A DNA stretch of 37,566 bases from Lenisia limosa (Eukaryota > Protista > Breviatea). The notes below the pieces were generated by a model. It made no database searches. It had not been told where the DNA came from and saw only the letters and a list, made by a program, of their open reading frames with translations. The stretch spans positions 1 to 37,566 of the forward strand of contig LPNZ01009981.1 in NCBI GenBank assembly GCA_001655205.1, written 5' to 3'. The stretch's first letter is position 1; each line of letters opens with the position of its first letter. A program made the position numbers and the translations under genes. Shown piece after piece: positions 1 through 12,000 of the stretch.

Positions 1-3000
1 GAGGCTCTTCTGCTCAGCTGTGAGTCCGGGTTGCGAGAGGGTTTCAAGCAGACTGGCTTCTGCTGCGGCTAGAAGGTGCTTTCTGCGTCGTAAGCATTTA
101 GGAAATGATAACAAGGGGAGTACGACCAAAGCCGTTCACATTACCACTTCGTTGCTTTGGTCTATTTTTGAAGACCCTTCCCCTCCCACAATATCCCTTT
201 CTCACATTATCAATCACTATCATACTCCCATACATCACCCCCAACCTGTCACGGGCAATGGAGGAGAACATGGATTCTGAAGAGGTGCTGCCGGCGGCCG
301 AACGGGCACTGTCCGGGCCGGGGCCGAGGTCGCCTCTGGGGGGGTAAGTTTGATGTAGGCCAGTCGCTTCTGCATCCCATCACTCCAACGTACTAGTGGT
401 GTGTGTCGGTATATGTATAATCTACATTTTCCCAGATATAATAGTATATATATGTATATCATATATACATAAGTCTTGTCCACCCAGGCTTACGAGCTTG
501 CAGCAACTTCTATGTCCTCAACAAAACTGTCTTCCTCAGCCTTGGCCATTGCGGCCTCCATTCTAAACTATCAATATTTCCCTCACATTGGCATTATTGT
601 ACAAAACACCAATACAATATTCTTGGCTTAGATTAAGCGAAGCTCATTGGCACCACCAACCTTGCAACCACGTCATTAGTTTGGTTGGGCTCCTCAGCCT
701 CCTCCATGATCGAGCCCTCACCAAGACTGGACATGCTGCCTGGGGGTGTCAAAGGAGTGACCGATATCATGGACTTGAGATATTCAAAATAATAATAATC
801 AACAGAACATGAGATATTCAAACAATTTCTTTAATTTTCATACTTCAAGGAAACCCCAATATACCCTTATTTTGGGACTTTTTGGCGGCACGCGCGCGTT
901 TGGCCTCAAGACGCGATTTCAGCATCTTCTCTTGGCGTCTCTTTTCGGCACTGACGGCAGCCTCGACTTTTTGGATGGACGTCTCGTGAGACTGGGGGGG
1001 GGGGGGGTTNNNNNNNNNNNNNNNNNNNNNNNNNNNNNNNNNNNNNNNNNNNNNNNNNNNNNNNNNNNNNNNNNNNNNNNNNNNNNNGAGATGCAAAACA
1101 AAAAAGATAATAAGCTTGGAGTTTGGATCTACCCCCCCACACACACAAAAAAAACAAACACCAGAATGCAATATCATATTACTACTAATATATGATATCC
1201 AAAGAAACTGAATGATGGGTCCATGGAATCAAAACCGCCCAGTAGCGACAACCAGCTTACTGTTTTGAGTTGTTCGATTTGCTGTTGTAAAAGAACCTCA
1301 TCAGAGCACGTCTTCTTCTGCAGTTCAATAGACTTCTGCAGAACCTTTTCGCGCTCCTAGTGGGGTAAAAAGAGTGTATTCACTTTATGTTTGCGAGGAT
1401 CTGAAGCTGAGGCGCAAAAAGAAGTTCAACGTGTGTTTGTTTCTAATAGGTTGAAAAGCTGAATCGTACATACTATATATTTATAAAACCTTCAAGGTAA
1501 AGAAAAGCAGGCAAAGAAAAGCAAGGCAAAGAAACCACATAAAAAGATTCCACATCACATCACTTGGAAACCTAAGAAGAGACCCAGAATCAAGAAGTCC
1601 AATCAGACCTTCACTAATTGTTTACGCTTGAGGTTGATCTTCATTTCCAACTCAGCCATGGCCCTCTTCTCCTCCGCGTCAATATTGGCAAGCTGTGGTG
1701 TGGGAAAGTAAAATCCGTAAGATACAAGACAAAGAAGAAAACGTCATTGCATGTGGGTGAACCGCCCAACAGTTTCTTTACCCCCCTCCCCCAACAGTTT
1801 CTTTTTCTTTATCAGCGGACATAGAGGACATGCCACCCGCAGTGTTGAAAGAAGGCGGCTTGAGGGTCCTATTGAGTGAATGATACAAGTCAAGAATAGC
1901 AATCTAGAAGAAACAACAACAGCACTGACAACAAACAGCCACTTCAACTGACATTCTTGAAGGTGGCATTGATGATCTCGATCCTTGCATAGTTTCAACA
2001 CCAAGGCGGCTGCCTCCCATTGGGGCCTGCATTGTGAGGGGCTGTTAAAGCTCAGGTAAAAGATGATTGAGTATTCGATTGATGGGAGGCTTTGATATAT
2101 TTCATATAGAGGAGTGGAGACAGCAAACCGATTTTGACTGAACATGAGTGACATCAATAAATTAGGAATTTTAAAAATAAAGGAAATGGTAAAACACTCC
2201 ACTATGTCAAATGATGCTCAGCTCTCCCTGCACACAAACATCAATATACACTGACCGTAATAAACCTTGACCGATTTGCTATGTCATTTCTCAAAGAAAA
2301 TAGGGGTCACTGTATATTTTATCTGTACAGGCAACACCCATCCCCACATGGACCCTTGGAGGTAAGCCCTCCTTGATAGCTTTCTCCACCACAGGGGCTG
2401 GGAGACAACTCCTAGTAGGTGAGGTGACGGACATCACAATATTCCAAGGGTAATTTATAGGGCAATGAATTGAAAAAGCATACTATTTTAGTGTAAACTC
2501 AATTAGAAGCTGTAATTTCAAATTTGGTCAATTTCTTCAAAAAATGAATTGCACGGAGCCATATTATTTTAGGCAAAATCCGTTCACCACCCGATGTCTT
2601 CCCCCACCTGAAGAATTCCTCCTCCTCAACAGCCTCGAGAGCAGCAGCGTCCCTATCCACGGCCAAGACGGCCCTGACATGGCGGCTGAGCGCGAGGGCT
2701 CGGTCTTCTCCAGTTACGGATTGCAGCATTTCTGCCTCCAAAGTTCTGCAAAATGAATTGTTGGTGAAAATAGATTGGCCTTTTTTTATTAGTAATCTGT
2801 CTGCCACTCTTTACCTGTTAGAGTTGACCAGACTGGCCTCCCTTCGCGCGAGCCAAGAGCGATGAAGTTCCTGAGCCTGGTGCTGCTGTCCCTCAGAGAG
2901 GTTCGCAAGGAGGGTGCTTCTCATCATGGGGGGGATACGCCAGACGGGGTTGCTTGAAGACCTGAGAGTTGAGAAGACGTTTTTTTGAAAGGTGCACAAT

Positions 3001-6000
3001 GGCAAGAAACTCAAAACATTGATGATGAACCCAGGAGCCTACTCATTTGCAGCAGGCAGCATTCCAAGGCCTGCACCACCAACAGTAGAGAACTGCTGGA
3101 GAGATTCCAACTGAAGCATGAATACTGCCAAAAATAAACAAAAAGATTTATTCCATACTTGTAGTATACATACAAATGTTCATATATGATGTGTGACAAA
3201 CATATCATGTGCTCAATAAACACATCATGTACAATCAGATCATGTGCTATAGTATACATATCTCAATAAACTCATCTTCCCAGTGACCAAGGAGCTCACC
3301 TGGCTCTTTTGTTGGGAGATAATGACTTCCTGTTCATCGAGGGCTGCTTCTAACTCAGCTGTGTCTTCTCCTCCTGAGCGTGTCAATTAATTGATGATAA
3401 TTTGGATCAAATATAGAGAAGGTCCAAAATATCAAAGGAAATCAACGGTTAGTGATGGGATGCCCTTCAAGCCTCAGACCTCCAACTCCTCCCATGCCTG
3501 CTTCGCGAGTGCCTAGAGCAATAAGTCACAATTTGATAGCATTTGATTCCCTAAAAGGAAATCGTTTTCTTCCCAATAAGAACAATTTTTTTAAAAAAAA
3601 ACTCACAAATAATAAAAAAAAACAATAAACAATAACGAAACACGAACCACCCCATGATTGCAATGCCCTCACGCACGTCTGATGGCGGTTGCACTGTGAG
3701 CGGAGTGCGATACTAATCCGTGCCGGGCTACTGCAGCCTAAATCGTTATTTTCGGATGAATGAAAACTGAAAGATCCACATCTCTACAAAGTATCATCAT
3801 CTACCACTTTCTACACTAATCCTCTGACTGTGATGGACTTGATCCTTTTTTGAGTGGAAATATTATTCATATCGCTCTACCTCCATTTGGCATATCATGT
3901 CATATCACAAAAATAACATCAGATCATATTATTTTGCATATCAAACTATTAGAATATCAAATCATCATATGCGAGCAAATCAATGTAAGCCTTCAGGTCG
4001 ATGGCAGTCTTATCTCATCCTGAAGAAGAATTTCAAATGTTTATGGGGGGTAAGCTGTCCGCTCCTTATACACACCCCCAAAAAAAAATAAAAATAAAAA
4101 AGACAAAAGCCCTCACTCCATAGTAAGCACGGGACCCCCTCTGCCACCCGACCTGAGAAACAACGGCAGCCTGGGCGGCAGCCAGATGGGCGCTTGCCTC
4201 AGTCGCAGCCAGCGTCATAGGGGGGAGAACCTGGGGGATTAATCTTCGTGGAGAGGAGGGGGAGGGGTAGGAAATGTATAAAGCCCCCCCACACCTTTGC
4301 CAACTCTATTCTGCTGCTCTAATTCAAAGATACTCATACTACAATCTTCTTTTCTGTTGATTATGTAGACTTTGTGGGTAAAAACGTCGATGAATAAGGG
4401 GATTAGTAGGATCAGGCTTGCTCTAACGCCGCCCCTTTGCCAACTCTATTCTGCTGTTCTAACTTCTCTCCACCCCCTTCCCACTGCAGAGAGCTTGATC
4501 GCAGTCGCAGAGTGCTCGTTGGTTGCAGCAATGGCATCAGGAGAGAGACTCAGAATCTTTTCAAGAACGTCTCGTGACCTGGAGCGTCAGTATGGCCGCG
4601 ATTGAAATTCGCTGGAACATTGGCGGAATACTACCCCCCTTGTGTGTGTGGAACATAGTAAGTTACATGTTAGCGGGATGGTCATCCTTTCGTTCGCAAT
4701 CGTTGTTCCTTTTGTATCTCGAATGGAGCCCCGGAATCCCCCCCCCCCCCNNNNNNNNNNNNNNNNNNNNNNNNNNNNNNNNNNNNNNNNNNNNNNNNNN
4801 NNNNNNNNNNNNNNNNNNNNNNNNNNNNNNNNNNNNNNNNNNNNNNNNNNNNNNNNNNNNNNNNNNNNNNNNNNNNNNNNNNNNNNNNNNNNNNNNNNNN
4901 NNNNNNNNNNNNNNNNNNNNNNNNNNNNNNNNNNNNNNNNNNNNNNNNNNCAACTCTATTTACAATGATAATCTTGGAATCTTTGCTCACCAATTCCGCT
5001 AGGGCATGGATGCCTAAAACGTCCACACCAAGTCCCGAGGCGGATCGACGGGTGTGTTCCTCGCCAACAAGCCGTCTTATTGCTGCTATGGCAACCAGAG
5101 ACTCCTCATACGCCGCCTCCACGACCTTGAGTGTAAGAATTGGACTCAAAATGATAGAAAGTAAGGTCTAAATTGCTTTGCAGCACTTAATCATTGTCAT
5201 ATGTGGATTTGTCAAACAACTCTTCATTCTCATACCATTCACTTGTTTGTAAGATTTTCCTTCCCCTCTTAGTGTTCCTCAATACTTCTCTCGAAGCATG
5301 TCTCTCACCTTAACAGAGTTCTCTGAAGTGACGAGAGAGTCGCCGTGTTCCTCCTGGACCTGCCATACGACATCTCCTGCTCCTGCGACCCAAGGCTGCA
5401 AGGGGGTGAGAACAAGAGCTGTGATAGGTGATGGATGGTGTCAAATCAAACACACTATCGGAATGGGTTGGGGGGGGGGGNNNNNNNNNNNNNNNNNNNN
5501 NNNNNNNNNNNNNNNNNNNNNNNNNNNNNNNNNNNNNNNNNNNNNNNNNAGTTTTCGACGATGTATAGATAAATTCAGTCTTTTTTCGAACCGAAGTGAA
5601 GCCTTAGGTATCATCATGGGGTATCAACGATCATTTCAATGCTACTATCGTGTGTGGTTCTACTTGTCCAGCTTACCTGAGGGGGAAGGCAGTCAAGAGC
5701 CTTACACAGAACGTTGATAGTTCGGCAGACTGAGTCCCAAGCCGATTCTAGAGAACATTAGAACATTTGTGGTTGGAAAATAATAAACTTGGCAAGTATG
5801 AAGCAAATGTGTGTCGTGGAGCATTTTCACGTTGATATTGTAATGGTGGAAAACGTTATTCCACTTCTTGCCTTTACATACCAATCACCCTTACTGTAAG
5901 CAATGGGAATTAAAAAATAAGGATGTCTNNNNNNNNNNNNNNNNNNNNNNNNNNNNNNNNNNNNNNNNNNNNNNNNNNNNNNNNNNNNNNNNNNNNNNNN

Positions 6001-9000
6001 NNNNNNCTCGTATACATTCATATATTATAAGAGAATTTTAGCATACAATGATATAGTACACCAGATCAACAGAAGGATTAAATAATAAAACAGGAACAAG
6101 AACAAACCCCTCATACGCACAACAGCGTCACGTCGTTGACAGGCTTGGCGTCTGCGCCTCAATTCCTCCTCAATCTCCTGGACTGCATCATCTTTGTTGG
6201 CCGCACCCTGGCCCTCCCAGCCTTCATCGTTCATCGAGGCCGCCCATCTGGTGGTTAGTGGATTGAAAGAAATAAATTAATCTGATAATTGCATTTGTAA
6301 ATGCAAAATTGAACTAACATCAACAAAATATTCACCAAACAATTATGCCTATCAAGAGACCCGATTTACCGCTCAGTTCTCCGAAGCCCTGCAGCCGTAG
6401 CAGCCAAGCTGTTCAATGCTGACCTCTGCGACCCAGTAATGTTCGAAGTGGAGTTTCCACGTGCCAGGCCACAGTGTGCAATGGTTTCGGCGATATTGCC
6501 AAGGGCTACAACAACGTCGCTCGAGGTCAGAAGGGCCTTCTTTCCTTCACCCAAAGCCATCGCGGTGGCCTGGGCTGCGTCGACGTACGTCTGCCACGCC
6601 ATGATTTCAGCAAAGCTCTGTTCGCCTTCGATGCCCGAAATAACGGGTTGAAGCGTTCCAGCAGGTCCAGGGACGGCCATAGTCATGATACCGTTCCGTC
6701 CGTTCCATATGTCCTCCTGGTTGGACATGGGGGTCAACGGGGTGCCGTTTTCGCCGAGGCCGGACAGCGGGAAGACTTGTCCGAAGCTGTCCATTGATAC
6801 GCCCACGACGGGGAGAGGGCCCTTGTCTGCCGGTGCGGTGTGGCTAGTTGCGGCACCGTAGACAATCGGAGTTGGCTTGAACGTGATGGGACACGACATT
6901 ACGCCACCGATCGGGAAGGGCTCCCCGCTTGTTGGGTCAATCGTCACGGCTAAGACCGGGCATTTGATGTTGGAAAAAGGATCGATCACCTCGGCGCCCG
7001 GAACTATTCCACTCGAGCCGGCAAGACAGCATGTCGGCAGACGGGCGCCACCGGGAAGCGGGGCGAACGGAAGGAGTGTGGATGCGTTACTTGAAGGCAT
7101 GTTCGGCCACCCCAGGAGAACGATAGTGTTTTCGACTGGATCATAGGCAGCAGTCGAGGTGAGGGGAACAGCCCTTCCAGTCCCGGGGTGGAGACAAAAC
7201 AGCCCATGAGTTTCGGGGTGATACTGCACAATGTCATAGTCCGGTTGTGCGGTGGCGGGGGTAGCGTATTTACCTGCGGCTGCGGGTTGGTCCGGCTTGG
7301 GCTTGCTTTTTACAGAAATTCGAATCCCGGGCTGGAGCATAAAGAGCCCGGTGCTGGGGTCGTACATGGCAATGGACACTGGCGGGGCAAAGTTACCAGA
7401 CTGGTTACGGAACCATTCAGGCCCGGTAATGAGACTTCCCGTTTCGGGGTTGATCAGTTCGACACCCGAATAACGCCCCCCGAAGCCATAGATCTGCCGC
7501 CTCTTGCCCTCCGAAAGCACAGCATCACTCAAGGTGGCGACGCTCTCAGTCATCGCGCTATGGAGCATGTTGAGGCCGGTGGCAATGGATTCAATGTCCT
7601 AAGGAATTATCACTGAGAAGTAAAGCCAATATACTTTGAACACCTAGCGTTTCAATATGGCACGTGGATGATATGGAAGTGAATCCATAAATGAGACGAT
7701 TGGTGGAATATTTGACTATGAAAACGGAATGTGATATTATTACAGGATTAAAACCTTGACCAACCTGGACTGCTGATCCTGAAAGCAAAAGTTCGGTTCC
7801 AGCCACCAGGGATTCAAAGCGGTCGGCTAGAGACGCCAAATGCGCAGTACTGGAAGGTGACACATCAATTAAATAATTTTCAGACTCCAACATTAGACTA
7901 TTGTATGGACCATTATTCAAATGTAATGGTTTTGTAATGGAAAATAAAAAAACCGAATGTAAGACCAAAGACACTGTGAATAGAAAAACAGCTGATTAGA
8001 AAAATATTACTAAATGCAATTTGAAAAGCCCAGCCAACACAGAGTGTCTCTTGATAGTCTCAGCAGTTGCCGTCCTTGCCGCTTCATGGGCGTGCATGGT
8101 GAACTTTCCAGCAACGGCTTGCCGTCTCAGTACCTCGTTTTCACTGAGACCTGCGAGGCCCTTGCGCTTGGATGGCGCTAGAATGTCCAAGTTTCGGAGA
8201 AGCAAGGCTTTCAGGTTCTCATTTTGGTCACGAAGTACCCTAGAAATAATTATCTAACTGTTTTTAAAATAAATCACTGACAAACAGATGGGTAGCATTA
8301 AAAGATTATCACGTCCACATACCTATAAAACGATGCCGCTTCAGCTTTGGTCCGACTCAGTTGCGTAGAAACATGAATTGTTTGGTCCTCGAGCTTATCA
8401 TAGAACAACTTGGCCGAAAAGTCCTCAACCGTTCCGTCTCCGACAGTATGAACGACCTCCTTTGACGCAAAGCCATGGAGGCTTGTCTCAGCCTTCACAC
8501 GTGTCAGTGCGGGTCGTGCTTCATAGTCTGTCTCCGGTTTCCGCAAGGCAACAATGGTCTGCTGAGCCTTTTGTCGGTTTGAGCTTGCCGGAACTCGGCC
8601 GAAAACGGGGACAAATTGTTCTCCGACGCGTTTGTAGGGTGGCGGTCCAGTTGCGGATGCTCTCCAGCGAATGAAAAAGAGAATGAACGCAAGAATGAAG
8701 AACAAAGCCGTGAGCGCACCAAAGATCATCATCATTAAAAACCAGTCAGTTTTGAGTGTTAAGTTCATGCGAGGTGTGACACCCGCAGCAGTAAGCACAG
8801 TCGATGTTGTTGGAAGAACTCGAGCCAGCAAAGATTCAGGAACTTCTTCTTCTTCCTCAAGTACAATTACAATGAGTCTCTGGTCCAATTCAGCAGCGTC
8901 GCCGAAAACGTAGGTTCCAGACTCGGTAAATTGGAATGTGAATGAGGAGAGCTCCAGAAGTGGGTTGCTTTGGACGTTCGCCAGGCGACGGAAGTCTCCA

Positions 9001-12000
9001 TAGTCGAAATCCTCGTTTGTGTTAAGGAGGGCTTCGGGTATGTATTCTGGATAGTGTTCAGCGGTGACTGCGAAAGAAACAGCCTCTCCAGTAAGGAGCA
9101 CCATGGTTGGACGAATAATGCCGCCTGAGACGCCGTCGCCACTTCCAAGGTCCGTGGACAACGTGGAGTTCTCAAACCAGGCAGATTCTGCACGGCGCGC
9201 AGCGGTGGTAGTGAAAAGACTAGTGAGATAGGACGGGTGGGGGTCCAGAATGCCTCTAACTACACCACCAGCAAAAGACGTATGGAGAACAGAAAGGTTC
9301 TGACCCGGTTTAAGATCAACAGCCCACGCGGCTGACCAGTTTTCAGTCGAGCTCGCGTCTTGTTCAAGCTTGGTGTTGGTTCGTGGGACCTTCACAACGA
9401 TATTGAGACTTCCATCGTTGCTTGCTTCGACGGTCAACACGGCCTGGGAGCCGCGACAGTTGGCATCGCAGATCTCATCAGGGTCCGTAACATCACTGCA
9501 TTCGCATGCTGGGATGTTGGAAATCTTTTGCCCGGCATTGGGAATAAGTAGTTCTCCAGTTGTAGGATCACGACCAGCGCATACAGCGGCGCAATGCGAC
9601 TCGTCATTATCGCATTCTCCGTCCGGGTCCCGAGAGTCGCATCTGTCATAGGTCTTCTTGATGCAGTTCTGGGGACCACTTTCGGAACTCTCTACGCCTG
9701 ACGCCAAGAAATAGGCGTAACCAGGCTTACAAAGACACTTGCCGTCGGATTGTTGAAACGATCTGTTGGATCCGAAACACTCACAGGTTGCCCTGCCTTC
9801 TTCAGAGGAAGCAGAGGCACCACAGGGGAGACATGATGGCGATGCAGTAACAGGTGAGTATGACATAGCTGGACAGGGCAAGCACTCGGTAATGTTGCTC
9901 ATTTCGTATTCCGAATTGAAAGTGCCTGCAGGACACGCAATGGTTTCATACGAGCCTTCAGGGCAGTAGTATCCGGGCGGGCAGCGGAAGCCCTTGTCAT
10001 CCACAAGAGACACTGGAGTTGCAGTGGGCGTTTCGCCAAGACACACAAAACCTGCCGGGCATGGAAGGCAGTCCACGCGTTCACTTGCTCCACCAGCTTG
10101 GTACGTTCCAGGTCCGCAGACGACACAAGCCGTGTCAATCGACGATCGTCCTAACGCAGTTGAAGGGTAAAGAGGTCCGAAGCCAAGAGGACAAATGAGG
10201 GGTGATTGGCTGGCAGCAGGGCAGTAATATCCAGAGGGGCACTCGAGAGGGAGGTCAGAGTCATTAGGACAGTAGAATCCCGCTTCACATGGCGTTTGAA
10301 GCGACGTTCCTGAAGGACACAAATAACCGGGGTTGCAAGGGACAGCAAAAGATGCCTCGTTGTTACATTCGGAGCCTGTGGGACAAATAATAGGAACAGA
10401 TACCCCAGACGGGCAGTAGTAACTATCAGGACAAGCAATAGGATCGGCTGTCATTTCGGGACAGTATTTCCGTGCCGGGCATAGAGTGATTGAGTCAACA
10501 CCTTCGGGGCAATAGTACTTTTGGGGGCACGGGGTGGGTGTCATGGTGTTTTCTTCGCAATAATGGCCGGGGAGGCATAGGGGACAGTCAGCTGGGCTGC
10601 CGGCACCTTGAATGGCGGAGTATCGGCCTGCAGGGCAAGGAATAGAGAAATTAGCAGCTTCAAGACAATATCCACCGATAGGACATGGGTACTGATCCAA
10701 GTTGGATGTGGCTTCGTCAATACACAGTGTTCCTGGGGGGCATGGCAGACAGTCCTCCTTTCCTCCAGCAGCAGTGGATGGGAAGTAAGTTGTACGTGGA
10801 CAAGCCATTTGTGGCTCATCCGCTGGGCAATAATAGCCAGAAGGACAGGGTATGGGGGTTGGATCGCCATCTAAACAAATATAACCTGCAGGACACGGTC
10901 CACAGTCACTTGCCATTGCGGCTCCGGGAACAGCTCTGACCGTTCCTAATGCACAGGCGGTGGGAACGAGACAGGCCTCAGAACACCAGTGGCCGATCGG
11001 GCATGGCCCGTTTTGGCTAGGTGCAGATGAGGTGCCGTTGACACCATCAGGTCGAGGGTCGTCCGCACCGGAGTAGCAAATGTAACCAGCAGCACAGTTA
11101 CCAGCTTCAACGCCACCAAGACAGTATTTCGTTGACGGACACTCCGCACATTCGTCGGCACTTTGAAGGCCCGGAGTGGAGCCGATCCGACCCGCAGGAC
11201 AGAGAACAGGGTTACCAGTCCCTTCAACACAGAAATGACCAAGTGGGCATTCGGCTGGCACAGTGGCGTTTCCAAGACAGAACGTTCCGGGCGGACACAA
11301 GTCGCAGCTATCAGAACCCTCAGACAATTGATACTTTCCGTCTTCGCATCCGACAGGATACGGAGAGCCCTCGGGGCAATAATAGCCAGCAGGGCAAAGG
11401 TGATTTCCTGTGTATTCATGCACGGCCTTGGTGTTGTCATCACAATATACGCCGGCTGCGCAAAGAGCAGTCGGGGTGGTGAGAGCAGTACCAGCGCAGT
11501 AGTAACCAGGCTGACAGTTGAGACAGGAAGCAAGTGAACTACCACCCTCGCTTGGTCGATACGTCCCAACGGGGCATTCAATGGGCATTGTAGCACCACT
11601 TGGGCAATAGTATCCGGCAGGGCAGGGTCCGTTATCTGGGAAGCTTCCGACCGGTTCCGCAACTGCGGAGCCATTCGGACAGAACCACCCTGCACTGCAG
11701 GGACCAGTAACGGCCGAATTGCCTGTTGACTGACAATAAAAGCCGGAGTCACAGTACTGACAGTCCTCGATAACATCCGCATTGACATTGGGGTTGAATG
11801 TCCCGGCGGGACAAGGTTCGGCTACTGATGAGCTAGCAGTACAGTAATGGCCGGTAGGACAGTTTGACGGAACCGACATTTGAGGTGCATCACACAAGCG
11901 TCCTGCTGGACAAGCTGTGCAGTTTACCATGCCTGTGGAAGGTGCGTATGTTCCAGGAAGACATTGCTGGGGAGAAGAAGAGCCTTCAACACACACGTTT

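Noticed and set aside
414-475. TA-rich and TATGAT-like low-complexity intronic stretches (also about 3170-3270 and 20715-20745)
   Set aside because: Ordinary AT-rich microsatellite-like sequence with no consistent unit or position.
1765-1804. 15-bp duplication cccaacagtttcttt as alternative donors
   Set aside because: The 25-nt spacing breaks the frame and the exon frame here is ambiguous; most likely local slippage next to G runs.
3905-3970. Intronic box C/D snoRNA (ATGATGA...CTGA on the - strand)
   Set aside because: Only about 50 nt, a negligible terminal stem, and an AT-rich TATGAT-repetitive context with no recognisable rRNA guide.
4294-4462. Direct repeats as a CRISPR-like array
   Set aside because: Only two full copies, a 111-bp spacer, an intronic location in a eukaryotic gene, and no cas genes.
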